A DNA stretch of 64,000 nt from Catajapyx aquilonaris (GCA_000934665.2 KZ538161.1:1-64000); one strand, 5' to 3'. Numbered from the stretch's first letter, positions 40,677 to 54,888 are shown. Notes: generated from the sequence alone by a model not told the origin. Program-made: numbers and translations.

Positions 40677-42456
40677 TTATGTTACATCGTTATAGGGTGC
40701 AGGGCGCAGGGGAACTAATAATAATAATCATCATCATCTTCACGACATACTTATAAGGGATAGTCAGCGAATAGCTAGGTCCTAATTACCCTGACAAGAT
40801 ATATATGTGGGTATTAGCACTTAATAAAGGTTCAGCGTAGGGTAGAAGGAATATAAAAGTGTGTAAAGAAATAAGCTGGAAGATTGGTAATAATAGTTTT
40901 GGTATTATGCGATTGTTATAGCGCCGTATAGAGCTACATTTTTTAGCAGCTTTTAAGGTGTGAGTTATTGATCGTTAATGCAGTAAGGAAATGTGGTGAT
41001 TTAGGTGCATGTCGCGTGTTGTAACGGTCATGCCGGACACTTCCACATTTAGTGTATTAAGACCTTGAAAAGTATTGCATGCGGATTATTGACTTGACAG
41101 TTTGGAATGTACGTAGGACAGTGCGTAGTTTCGCAGTGGCAATTATGGCAAAATATGAGCTGTTAATGTTCCGCAATAAGTTATTGTGCCAGGTAATATG
41201 CTGAGACGACTTGTAAACATGGCAGTTGAGAGCCTGTATTTATTATTGACCTTGACGGCCACCATTGAAGGCATTGAGGACACTCATTGGATTGAAAGCA
41301 ATTGACCCACTTCCTTCTGACACGTTTCCTGCAACTTTTAGTATGTCGCTTCTACAACATGCGATCGCTTATTTACATAGTGGCATGAAATATCTGGATG
41401 TTCAGACCAACGTCAACTCCCGAAGGTTCGTTTTCAGATAATGATGTATATTCATGCTTTGGGTTAAGTTGATACTGTATCTGTCATATTATGATAACTA
41501 TTGCTCTCCTGCACCATTTAATTAATTATATGGTAAAGAGTAAATTATGTGATAATTGTCTATGTAAATTGTGTCTTGCTGCATAAATTACCCTATTTGA
41601 CGGTAGATAAGTCGCACCTCGATTTCTGCAGATCATATTCGGGGGGGAAAGTTCGTATTGTAATTTCACAGACGCAGGGATATTTTTTGAGCAATTTTGT
41701 TGGGGGAAAAAAGTGTGTGTTATTTGCCGTCAAATATGGTAACTGAAGACAATCTTACACCGAGCAAAACCTTTAATGTATAGTCATGCAAGTGTTCTTA
41801 TGCGCAGTATTCACATGTAGTTTATTAGGTTGTAAACAAAGCGGAACAATCCATTGCATAGTATATTTCGAGGAAGGAAACTTCAGCTGGATACTGAAGC
41901 GATGAAATTTTATACTAGCCATAGTTTGATACGAAGTGGGTGGGTTAATCAGTGTACACGTGGCTTCAACATGACATGCCAACTTTATTTACTGTTGAAC
42001 GAATGTTGTTACATCAGATGACAATTTGACAGTTAAACGTTATCCTGAAATTAAAATTATTCATTGAAATTTCAAAATGCTGCAGAATTTTTTTGTAAGT
42101 GTGTCGAAAAGAAACTTCCTCATTCACTTCCTCCAGATACTGAGTGTTGAAAGTTGTTATCGTGTAACCACATTAAAATAACAAGTTCTTGCTGTCCGCC
42201 TGTCAGTTTCTAATTCTGACATTTTGTGCTGAGCAATACATTATCGGAGACAACTGAGAGCATGCTTTGATTTCAGCTCCACGGCTATTTGAGATACAGT
42301 ATCAGAAGGGACTTCGGTCCACTCCTTTTTTTGATTTGTAGGAATCTGAATGGAGAAGCACATTAGAAATGGACAAGATGCTGCTGCCATCAAGCTTTAG
42401 TGTAAGTGGAAGTCGATTTTGGCAGTGAAAAGAGAGGGAAAAAGAGGGTCTCAGGA

Positions 42457-45400
42457 ATGGGAAAGGATCAAGAGCTGATCGAAGCTGCCAGGAGTGGCAA
42501 TCTGCCAGCTTTGGAGAAAATCCTGACCCAGAGAGCAAAGAAGACAGGGCCCCTCTCAAGGTGAGCCCTCTTTTTGGGGGGGGGTGGTCCCCATCTTCAT
42601 TTTGGGGGATGAGAAACTGGTTGGAAGCAGATGCAAATTGTTGACATGTTATCTGCAGGACGGTCAAAGTTTGCTGCTGGTTACTATGTAATAAATTCCG
42701 ACTTGTTACTTTCTGCAGTTTACGTAGAGGAAAGGATGCGAATGTGCAGGACAGTAGCGGGTACTCGCCGCTGCATCATGCGGCGCTTAACAATCAAAAG
42801 TAAGTTCTGGCTAATTTAATCAGGTCACCAATATTTTGCTTGAGTAATGAGTCATTGGTGTCAACGCTGATAAATTCCTGGAAGTTTAGTCACAGGAAAA
42901 TTGCGATGGGAATGACCCCATCACATTTTGATGACATGGAAGTTTTTAAAAGTGTTTATTTATTGCATTCATCCCTGAAGGGTTGGTTCAAAATAGTAAT
43001 TGGTACTGTGGGGCGTTAGCACAATAATTTTAATCCGGCGCCACGGGGACATGATAATAGATTTTGTTTGATGGCAATTGCATAATTGCTGTTTCCGCCA
43101 ACTTGTAGAGACGCGGTACAATGCCTGCTGGAACATGAGGCTTCCACGAACATTGTGGACCTCCAGGGCTCCTCACCATTGCATCTAGCCGCATGGACTG
43201 GGAACGTGGAGATTGTCAGGCTCTTGCTCAGTCACGGGCCATCCGTCCCAAATGTCAACCTCAAGGTACGGGGACCAGTAAAAGATAATGGAAACAAATC
43301 TCATCCAAAATGGGGCGATATGTCAAGTGATAACATTATAAAACTTGGCCTAATTTCGACATTGTTATCGATGTAATTGGCACTCAATGATACTTTACAT
43401 GACATAATTATGAAGGTTGATATTCTTTAACAGACCACCTAAATAAATTTTGTAGACAACATGAGCAACAGGTGACATATTTGAAATAATTCGTGGATGG
43501 ATTTGGTTCCATACCCGCCTGATTTATCCTCTCTGAGACTGTCTCAATCGCAGAACAAGAATAACGAGACGTCGCTTCACTGCGCCGCACAGTACGGCCA
43601 CACCGCAGTTGTAACCTTGCTGCTCAAGCACAGTTGCGACCCATCGGTCCGCAACAATCGGGAGGAGACGGCACTGGACCTGGCCGCACAGTATGGCAGG
43701 CTTGAAACCGTGGAGCTCCTCCTAAGGCACCACACGGATCTTATACAGCCCTACTCAAAAGATTACGGCAGGATATTAATATTCCCCCACACGCCTTTGC
43801 ATCTGGCCAGTAGGAACGGCCATAAGTAAGTTCGTATGCTTTTTAAGATGTTGGCACACTTTTGTTGGGTCTGTTGTTTGTAGAGCTGTGGTCAAGGAGC
43901 TGCTCAGCGCTGGGGTTGACGTTAACGTGAGGACGTCACAAGGGTCGGCGTTGCATGAGGCTGCCCTTTGCGGGAAGGTAGAGGTGGTTCGCACTTTATT
44001 GGAGAACGGGATCGATGTTAGCATACGGGACCAGAGCCAGCAAACGGTTCTGGACATTTTGAGCGTGGTGAAGACCAGCGTCACGCAGGAGATTCAGAAC
44101 ATTATACGTAGTGAGTAGATTTATTTGCACTACATTTCTGTACTTGGGTGCACATATGCAGTTGGGGCAGCATCAATTGCAATTTGCACTTAATGGCACA
44201 ATGGATTTAGCTTCCTTATTCTGTCAAACAACCACAGGCCACCATCCCAACTTGTCCCATCCGGACAAACAAAATGCAAACAGGACATCGGGTGTGGTAG
44301 ATCCTTCAGACAGGCCATCAGGTGACTTCAGGTATACCACCCCAACTGGGGGTTACCTCACAGCTGGTGACGACGCAAAGTAAGTTCTCGGCATCATCGT
44401 TTTGACTTGCATTAAACTCGGATATAAAAACCAATGCAGATACCCCGAGGGTACAGACGAGACATACGATCGAAGTCCACGTGAATCGTCAGGAGCATGT
44501 TTAGTGCCAGACGCCACGGACAGGATGAGCATGTCATCCAGCACATCCACTTTCCCGCCTTCGTCTCCCCGGGAACAGTACCTGGAGAGCAAGGCCTCGG
44601 AAGGGCATTACATGACCGTACCCAGGCAGAAGGACAGGGTGGACGAGCATGACAATTGCGTCTCTCCTACGCAGGAGATATACATACCCATGACAGGAAC
44701 GCTCAACACTAGAGCACCAGTACGTCATTACCTTTCTTGTTTTTTCACTTTGTGTTGTGTTAATATGGATATTTAAATGTAACGTTCATAATTACCGCAT
44801 CTGATGGCATGTAAGACGCACTTTTTAACCTGGGTCTTATGTGCAACAATACAATAAAACAATTCCTGAATATGATCTACTGAAATGCACGTCTTATATG
44901 CTGGCAAATACGGTACATTAACATGCAAAACATTGTTTCTCAAAGTTTCAAATTGCAATCCTAAACATGTCACATGCGATTGGCTCGTTTATTGGAAACT
45001 AAAATAATTATAAAATTTATTCTGCATACATTTTTAGTGATATTTTTTACTGCTCAGAATTCATTATGGGTCAGATTTCGAGTTTGGGTATCGCTAATTA
45101 ACTGTCCAATAATGTGGAGCCACAGGTGTCATTGCATGTGTTTCAATGCTTTCGTTTCAATTGCCATGTAATTGGAAATTAACTCTTGTCGTGTGCAGCC
45201 CCTTCCACCTAGGAAACCTCCTCGTCGCAGCCTCTCAGTGTCCCCGACTCACCATCCGGGCATGGACGATGCCCCGAACTCAAAGTATGAGTTTCTGTAT
45301 CTGGCCCGTAGCGGCAAGGCTCTTGAGGAGGTTCCAGGCAGTGGGAGTGGTGGCCACCAGTGCAAGGGTCCCCGTTGCAAGTGCCATCGCCTGTCCCGTG

Positions 45401-48400
45401 AGCAGTACGTGGATATGAAATTGCGGGGGGCTGCCGGGTTTTATGAGAACTTCACGTATGGAGGGCCTCCCTACAGGCCTCTGGGGGAGGAGCAGCACAG
45501 GCCCCCAATGCTCAAGCTACCCAACGAGAACGGATACAGGAAGTCGCACAGTTACGAGTCGGACTACGAGAACTATGATGTGATAATGGGGATGAGGGGT
45601 GGAGGGAAGGGGAAGATGGCCCATAGGCGGGGAAGGAGTGAGTCGGAGGCTATGGTGCACTGTGAGTTTCTGGAGGTGGAACCGGGGCCTCCGAGTCCCA
45701 CGCATTATGAGCAGCCTCCAACTCCGGACCACCCTCCGCCTTCGCCCATCCATGCGGAAAGGAGCATCTACGAGAGGATCATGCCCTTGGCTCAGGTCTG
45801 TTTCAAGCTCGTTGGAATGCACTTTTTTTTAAGATTGCTGTGGCATGTTACAGGATACGTGCATGGTGTTTTATTGCAAGTTAGTCACCAGTAGATGACT
45901 AAGTGGGCATAACAAGCTGTTGATAGCACCACTAAAAAATTCGAAACATACGACAGCCATAAATTTGACAGAAATACAATCGGTTATCACATGGACTGAG
46001 TCACCAATTCTGAAGAAGATAAGAGAAATATGGCGATCAGGCTGCGTTTACATATGAGCAATTTGATCAGCGATGAGCGTTGAAACCAATTGTTTGCTTC
46101 CTAAACACTATTGTTACTTTCGCCCCAAACAATTGGTTTCATTACTCAGCGATGCTCATCACTGATCAAATCGCTAATATGTAAACGCAAGCTAAGATAA
46201 ACTCTCAGAATCTAAAAATCTGGCCACTTTTAATTGCGATTGGATCTCGGCAGGGAAGCTTTGGTGAATTTTTGATCATACGATATGGTCTAACTAATAT
46301 TTTTGTAAGTTTGATTACATTCACTGAATAATTTTTTGAAAATTGTGTTACATGAAGGTTAACGACGCTTCTCCAAGTTTGATGCTTGAAAGGCTATGAT
46401 TTTTATTCAGCAGCTTTAGCATCACATTTTGCACTTTTTTGCACTTATGTGTGGTGTCTAGTCATTTTTCTGAACTATAAACAGTATGAGATTCGTTTGT
46501 AATAATGTTTTGTTGTCATACGTTTCTGTGCATTTTTTCAAAAAACTGAAAAAAAGGACCCGAAGCGAAAGTCAAAAGACATGGAAACTGAAACGGATGA
46601 TGTTTCTGAGGCACCAGACACCTGTAGCTTTTCTAGTTGCCTTTCCCTGTCTAACAAGAGCATTTCCACCGATAATTTTGAGGACATCTGCTCAGATTTC
46701 TCAGCCTTTGGTAAGTTTAATAAAAAGGGGTAAATATTTAGGAACAAAATTTTGAATGGCAGGGTTCGTTGCTGCTTTTTGCAGGCATGAGCCAGATGAA
46801 GTTATCCAATTCGTTCGAGTTCCAAAAGACCCCTGTGGGCCAGTGGTTAGCAGGAATTGGTTACGGAGATCTTGAGGACAGTTTTGTGAGCAGTGGGTAC
46901 GATGACATGTCCTCGATGGTGAGTTAGGAAATTTTTTTTGGATGTGAAAAAATATTTTTATTATTGTTGATGGAAATTAATAATAATTTGCGATCAACCA
47001 AAATTTGGCAGGGATTACTTCTGAGTGAGGAGGATTTGGACCTGATAGGTGTTAGCGACTCCGATGCATGCAAAGCAATCCTTGAGTCAGCCAGGTCACT
47101 CTCAGCTGACGGAGCCCCTGATTCTCGGAAAAAACCGGGATCAGGTGTTGAAGAATGGCTTCATTCCATTAGCTTGGACTGCTATGTAGACACCTTCCAG
47201 CGGCACCTGTACAATGATATGGACAAGATACAGGGCATACTGGATGAGGAACTTGTTAATGTATTGGAGGTTACCAAACCAGGGCACCGCAAGAGGATAT
47301 TACACTCATTGGACAAGCCTTTCCGCATTTGTAACGGGCAGCCAGCTCAGGTTAGCACTTATAGCACTGCACTGCACACCGGAAGAATTTCCCACACATA
47401 TGCCACAACCATTTATGTGAAGCCGCGCGTAATTGCGGAAACTACAAGGAGGCTAATTTTCCCGCAACGTGTGACACTTTAGAATATTATTAACAGTTCA
47501 TTGTTAGCAACTTGTGTGATGACTAGATAACCTGTAGCTGAACCTGATTAACTGGAACTTATCGTTTTTACATTCAATTGCTTCTTGCGCACAAGAAATA
47601 CTTTGTTGCATACCGCAAATGTAGAATGTATGAATGAGTCTTACCATATTGGTTGTGATTTGTGAAAGGAAGTCCATCTGGCACACCACCCGGCTTTTTT
47701 TTGCTTTCGATGAACACCATGAGATTTGAGTTCACCTGACAATTACGTACAGATCATGAGTGAGGGTCCTTCAACCGCTACGCTCAAGAGTCGACACAAG
47801 AAGTCGCGGCCGCCTCCGCCTCCAGGCCAGAAAAAGGCCGAGCCTTCACCTCCGCAACTTTCCTTGTCCCTTCGTCTGCCGAGTGAGCTGATGAGTGGAC
47901 TTCCATCAGTCGTTTCCACACACTGGCGGCACCTTCCTGAAGTTCTGGTACAAAAGGCGGTACATTACATAGCCATGGTGTGTGTTTTGATCTTGTAACC
48001 GTTCAACTTGCACCTGCAATTTGAAGATACCTAACGCTTATGCAACAACCTGTTCTCTGTAGTATTTGGGTTCAGCAACCGTGTGTGACAGTGACAAGTC
48101 AACAGCCACGTGTGTCCAGAAGATGAAGTCGTCTACAGCCGAGGAGATTGAGGTCATGATGTCCATTTCGCACAGGGCAGTGCTGCTTTTAAACACAAAG
48201 ACCAAGGTACTAATAATGATCACTCTCACATATTTGACGCCTGTAACTCACCACTTCCGCATTCAAACTCTTGCGACAGGAGTTGGTGTGTGAGCATGAC
48301 ATAGTGGACATTCAGTGTGCCTGCCAGGATGCGGATGACCTGTCATACTTTGCATACATCATGAAGGAAGGGGGAAAAGGCTTCGGGTGCCACGTCTTTC

Positions 48401-48968
48401 ATGCTGAGTCCATGGTGTGTATTAATTTAAACATGTTTGGGCTGATGTTTCACTTGAAGAAACAATGCCTCATTTACTTGTGAGCGATTCGCTCAGGGAT
48501 GAAACCAATTGTTTGGGGGCATAAATCTGTTGTTTCTTTCGCCCCAAGAAATTGGTATGTGAGCGCATCACTCACATGTAAATGCGGTCTATATCCTGCC
48601 TAATTGTTTTTAATTCATGTGTTCCTCGATGCAATTCCTTGCAGGAAAAGGCAACAGAGGTGACGCTGACCTTAGGCCAGGCGTTTGAAGTCGCATACCA
48701 GCTGGCGGTAAGTGAACCTCAGCAGCAGAATGGCCAGTGCAAAGGAGTCAGACCAGGCGGGGTCAACTCGGGTCATGCAAGGTCGCAGTCTGTAAACCAG
48801 CCTATGGGTGTGCCCAAGAAGCACACCAGGTCGCAGTCTGCAAACGAGATGAACAACAATCACGGGGCGGGGAAGCAGTACAAGGTTGGGAGACTGGGCG
48901 AGGAGATAGACGGGGACGGGTTGAGGGCGCCCTTGGCTCAGGACGAGGAGGAAAACGGGGAAGTGTGA
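42457..48968 (+). CDS. ANKS1B: Ankyrin repeat and SAM domain-containing protein 1 (ANKS1A/ANKS1B, Odin/AIDA-1-like): ankyrin repeats, low-complexity linker, 2 SAM, PTB; ~1104 aa
   Basis: 15 exons: 42457-42560, 42719-42799, 43109-43265, 43554-43825, 43884-44110, 44238-44379, 44440-44719, 45199-45795, 46557-46710, 46785-46918, 47012-47350, 47753-47977, 48063-48206, 48280-48414, 48645-48968 (sum 3315 nt, phases consistent). Starts [15 protein letters not shown]. Ankyrin motifs [65 protein letters not shown] motifs VGQWLAGIG and [10 protein letters not shown]...[12 protein letters not shown] motifs YLGS...CHVF...[11 protein letters not shown]. Probably co-orthologous to ANKS1A and ANKS1B. Confidence 0.93.
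44793..44915. mobile_element. Degenerate Tc2-like MITE in ANKS1 intron 7
   Basis: taccgcatctgatggcatgtaagacgcac ... cgtcttatatgctggcaaatacggta, resembling the TA-CCGTATTT...TAAGACG terminus type. Confidence 0.6.
46040..46192. mobile_element. PIF/Harbinger-like MITE in ANKS1 intron 8
   Basis: tgcgtttacatatgagcaatttgatcagcgatgagc vs gctcatcactgatcaaatcgctaatatgtaaacgca; inner arms tgaaaccaattgttt / aaacaattggtttca. Confidence 0.8.
48470..48590. mobile_element. Second, more degenerate copy of the 46040 MITE family in ANKS1 intron 14
   Basis: Shares tgaaaccaattgtttg and ctttcgccccaa; ends catttacttgtgag / ctcacatgtaaatg. Confidence 0.65.
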
Positions 48969-51900
48969 TCAAAGTCATATGCACGCACTACCTCTTCTGG
49001 TTTTAAATTTAGCTACCCGTAACAGATATGTGGTCTTCCCGGTTTCTTCTCAGATTTTTTCCTTAGGTGTGGTGGTTGTCTCCTAGTGTGTTTCATTTCA
49101 TTTCCCCCTGCCAATAGCTGTGTGTTTTCCATAGTCAGAAACTATTGCAGATAGCTCATTTTCCTCCTATCCTCCCATCCTGCTTCCTTTTACTGGTCAC
49201 TTTTGGATGGGGAAGAAAAATGTTTCTAGTCGTATATAAAAAACAACTGAAAGGTAAGAGAAGAGGACATGTGTATATGGAGTTATGGATCTGGTTTTGC
49301 GAGGATTGGTCGATATTGTGAGGAGGGAAAGTCACCTGCGCTGAGAAGTGTGGAAGAAAAACGTTGTTAACTTGGACAATTTACTGCCAGAAAACAGTAC
49401 ATAAATACGATACATAGAAGTGTGCCAAATGTGGATTGCAAATCTGTCCCGCGTAATCAGATTTTTAGAAAGCTTGGGACAGCTGCAAGTAACTCACCGC
49501 GTAATGAATACCAGTAGTAACTAGTAGTTGACGTGTTATCACCCAAGTGTTCCAAGGAATCGTCCTATTTCTCTAGGAATGCACAAGGTAATTATCTTTT
49601 TTGATGAGAATGATATTTATGCATAGGGATAAAACTCGACCACACTTTGATTAGCAACGGTGAATTTCTTATCCAGGTATTATAGTCGTGCGCAAATCCC
49701 AAGGCTGGCCGATAGGGCTCCCATCCAATTCCAGATCCAGCACTGTTAAACATTTAAACAAGTACGAGCTTTTGTGTTTTACATGTACTGTATGTAAAAT
49801 TAACTGTTTGTTGGTTGCCAACTCTGGGTTGTGCTTTGTTGACGACTTTGTGGGGTGGAAAAAAAAAATGATGTAAGAAAGATATGTTGCGACGATGTGT
49901 AATACATGTAAAGTAATTTGCGAGTGAGAGCGAGAGAGAGAGAATATGGAGACGGATTTTTTCTTGAACGTTGCCAGCTGCTGCCTCTCTGTTGCCACTG
50001 CCACCAAAACAAGCCATATAATTCATAAATTGTTACAAGTGTAAGCAAGCAGCTGTTATTTTTTTTGCGGTATTAATTTTAAAAATAATATGCAGACTGG
50101 TTACGGGTTTATTCACATTTTTGCCATGCATTTTGCCAATTTTTTTTGTTATACACAGCATTGTGTTGCTTCACCGCAGTCGTATGGTGGTATTTTGTAA
50201 TTATTTAATGCGACACTTACCGGTGCCATCACTTTGTACCCTATTTAATAGAGCACCCAAACATTGCTTTTAAAAATAATGCCAGTGCCATGAGCTTTTA
50301 TCTTGAAACATTTTTTTTGGGTGTAACAAGTATTGGACTAGTGGTTGGACAAAGGTCATGAGGGTCACCCCCTGTTTTTTTTATATAAATTGCCCAGAGT
50401 CTATGCAAGTGCTACTTGAATTCAACGATGTTTGCAACCTCGGAACGATTTTTTATCCTGCGGCAAAACGCTCGAAGGAAAAAAAAAAAAGCCACAGGGA
50501 TCGTTCAGATTTATCAATGTCCATAAGTTTTTTCCTGCTCACCCTCATCATGCTGTGGGTTGTTTTTTTTTAAAATGATGCAGTAATTAGTCGGTGTTTA
50601 ACAAGGAGAGGGTCCTATACATCCCACACTCTAGTCTTTATCACATTGTAATAAGCGCTGTAACATGTAACAAGAGGCCATATTTAGTCATCTCAACAAA
50701 AAGCGCAACATGTGAAAAGATCTCTTAAGATACGATCTCAACACACCGATATTTTTTTTGTTTAGTGTGAATTTTGAGCTTTGAATTGTTTTGAGTTGAA
50801 TGCTCAATTTGAATCGTTTTCACTCTTGCCATACTGATTTTTTGAGTTTTCTCCGAATCAGTTATGGAGTCAGTAATAATATCGATGCAAAATTTAAAAA
50901 AAAAAGTGTGGAAATAGTGAAAACTATTTGAAATAATTTAGAGACTAGTATTGTTATTTTTCCCCCCCACATTTTATGTGGATTTGTTGATATGTGTCCG
51001 CGCCAGTTTTAATTTCATATTTCTTTTTAACCGCCACTGTGTCCAATACCGATAATAGTTGAACGTTATTTTTCCACAATTTTCACTGTGTTTTTAAAAC
51101 ATTATGTTTATAGTATTAAGCGCTTACATACGTCGTGATTTATTAGCTAGGTAACTGACGAAAAACTCAAATGCCAGCGAAAATGTAGGTGTTTTATTTG
51201 TACGAAAAATATTGAGTGAATGAATTTTTTTCCCCTCCCTCCCCCCCAATAAGTTATTGGCTTGATAACAAAAAGAGGCTCACTTTTTCTAAACATTTTT
51301 TTTTTTGTGTGGGTAGATTGGGCGAAGAACAATGTTTTAAGATATACCCCCTATATGTTATAACTGCTTAAAAACACATTCCGGGACCATTTCCCACCCA
51401 ATGTTTGAATGAACCGCACCTCCCCCCCCCCAAAAAAAAACTAATATAAATACTACTAATAATAGATATTTACGATACAACCCCCCCCCCTACCAAATGT
51501 AGATGTTGTCCTTATTCCCCCGCAAAATAAACGAAGCCATAGAAAGTCGCAAGTGTGGCCACTAAAAAAAAAAAAAAAAAATGTTTTACGTTAGGAACGT
51601 ACTTCAGCCGATTAGGTTTACATGTACTTCAATTTAGTAAAGATTAGTAACGTGAAAATAGCTATATTGACAAAAGGCGACGCAAGTTAATAGGACCTTT
51701 TTTTGTGTGTAAAATTTATTGAAATTGTTGGCAGCTTTCGGCTGTGATTTTTTTTTATATAGTTCGTCCCGATTTTGTTGTTGTTTTAGTTTATTAAAGT
51801 AACGCGGTACCGAGTGTGGTTACATGCAATTTGACTGAGAGCCTTATGATATGTAAAGAATAGCATGAAAATTTGAGCAGTCTTCCACAAACGTGTGTTA

Positions 51901-54888
51901 ATTCCACAATGTTAAATTCGCATTCCAAGTAACACAAAGTATAGGCGAAAATATTGGGTCGCTTATTACGGCTCCGGAAGACATTAATTGGTGGCATTTT
52001 AAATAGGGCATAAAATAAAAAATGAAGATAGTTAAGTAAAAGTGAGGTGGACGAGAAGATGGCAAGCTGTTATAATAATGTTATGTGTAAATTTGTTTAA
52101 AAAAAATTACATCTAGTTTATTTCATCCTCGCCGTTCATAAGGTTTGTAAAGTACGCGTATTTATTTTTAAATTTTTTACGCATTTAAATTTGTGTGATT
52201 TAAGAATTTTCGTTGCAGTCTATTGCAACTCTTCTGTCGTTAATTGTGATTTTTTAAATTTTTATTATGCATTTTTTGACGCGAGCTATTTTGAATTCTG
52301 CAGTAATAAAGTCGACAGTAGTAATTCAGACTGTAGGTTACAGAATTTATTTTGTGCACCACCTCTCCTAAATTTGGCGAATATTGACGCCAATTGCAAA
52401 ATTATTTGCCAATGTTCCGGGCACAAGTTATTTTCATTACAAGTTCACAGCCAAAATAATAAGACATATTTGTTCATTACCGCAAGTTATACTCGGTTTT
52501 TATTATTACTTTCAACTCAATACTTTGTAGATGATGCAATTATTTTTAAAGTTGTCGCCATTACTTTGGTGCTCTATATTCAAAGTCACGAAACGGCTGG
52601 CGTATAGCTATGACTTAATTGTAATATAGGCCAAGTACATTAAAAAACGGCTGAATTTGTCAGTCATTTTTTTGCTGCATTGTGAACAAAGGCGGCGATT
52701 TTATTTCGATAACTAGTACAATTCATTTTTGTACTTTTATAACCGTCTTAAACGAGTTATTCAATATTCTTTGATTGCCATATATTTACCGCTGCTACTT
52801 CAATGATACGTGCATTAAACGTATTAGGCCATTTTTTGTAGTAAAATGTTATTTATCATGCTCGAATGAGGTTAAATGTGTTGATTTTTTTTATGTTGTT
52901 GATGATGGGGAGGATGAAAAATGATGCTTATAGTGTTTGTGAAGTTGGCCATGGTGTTTTTTTTGGCGCTTATTTCATATATATTTTTTTGAAAGATGTC
53001 TGTTGATAACTAGTGATGCTTTTGGGATGTTATATTTTGCGATTATTGTGACTGTTATTTTGTATGAACCATATGTTTTTTTTTAAAGCCTTGAGATAGA
53101 TTCTTTTTTTTTTCACCCTAATTACCCCCCCGAATCTTTTTGTAACATTTATAAGTCCGTTGTATTTTATGTAAAAACTTGTATACAAAGACAACTTTTG
53201 GTTGTAAAAATAATAAATTAAGAGACGTATTAAGTATGGTGCATTTTTTTTTTGTGTATGTAAAATTATATATTTTTTGTTTCGATGGTTGTGTCGCACT
53301 TGGGGGAATATATACAGTTGCGCGGCCTGCATACATGATGAGACTTGGTTCCCTGGCAGGTTAGCTTTTACCAATGTAATTGCAGTGTTTTCACAAAACG
53401 AGCTGTAAACCCGAACCCAAACTACTTGTGGTGTTGACTTAGTATGCAATATGCACTGGTAAACATCTATAAACAAACAGCATCGTTTCAATTGGGCACG
53501 CAGTACAATATGGGTAGGCCTATAGCACACGGGGGCTGTAAATAAAGTCGTGTTTGGCCATCACATAGCTGGTAAACACCAATAAATTGTAAACAATCAG
53601 GATATTTGTCGTTCGTTATGGCATATGGGCGTTCATTTACGCTCAGGACTATAGCCCCCCCGCATTGATAAATAATTATGAAGTCAATGGCGTTTGCAAC
53701 TTTTGACTATAATTAGGGAAGGAAAGGGTTGGTGTGTTGCCACGGGATATTCACGTTGGAAAAAGCCCTGGTACTAGTCAACTCATTACGAATTATTTTT
53801 GGCGGTGTTGCAGCGAGGAGTTCATGCTGTGACCACACAATAATGCTGAATGAAAGGTAAGAATTCTTAACCTGAAAACTTGTGAAAAACACCCCATATG
53901 GGATGTTGTGAGGTTTTCACAAGTTTTCAGCTGATTTTTGTAAGTTACCTTATCTGATAAAATTGATACAAAAATAAAGCTGCTTATTTTTATTGTGGTT
54001 GTGTGACGTGTTGTGTAATCCTTTTTTAAATTATTTTTCTGAGAGCAGGAAAGGGTGAGTTCCCCTGCTGACATTAGAGGCCACCGAGAGAGCGATGAGG
54101 GCAGCGGCCATTCAAGCTTCAAAAGAGAAACGATCGGCGGAGGAAAAACGCAGCCCGCCACACAAGCAATTATTCCCGCCCTTACAACACGCAGCTGTGA
54201 TAATTCATTGGTGGGAGGAGAAGGAGGATAGGAGGGGGGGCATTATCCCTTCTGTCACATGGCCTTTATTGATGACCGGCCAACCCCCCCCCCCCCCTCT
54301 TCTCCTCTCTAATGCAGCTTCCCATCTCTCTCTACACCCCCCTTTCACCCCAAGACTTCAGCACATCCCTTCAATCTATAAGTTATATCTCCCCCCCCAA
54401 AAATATGAAAAAAATTGGGGACAACCTCATTTTTCTACAGATTCTGATATAAATTGAACCGCATTCAAGTCTTTCGCGGTGTGAAAGTGTGTACTGGAGC
54501 AATGTTAATTGGTTGCCATGTATGGAAATTATGTATATGAACACTTGAAAAAGTCATTCTTAATGTATCTTCACCGTGTCATGGTCAGGGATTACTTACT
54601 TACAAACTTATATGTGAAATAAGTAATCCCTGTCGTGGTGGAGGAGCTTGCGTTTCTCCCGTGACCCCAAGAGATATGCCGGCGGTAGCTTCGTCTACAG
54701 GCAGGGTCTCCCAAGCCGGACAGGTCTTTCCTCTCTTCTTTTTTACTCTACATTTCTGTCTCCGTTTGTCCCAACTTTGCCTTCTAATAGCCAGAGAGCC
54801 ATATAGTTGCTTTGGTTCCTTCCTAATAAACCAAACCAAACAACAACAATTTCAACGAACGTTTCATTCAACCAAATAAATTATAAGC

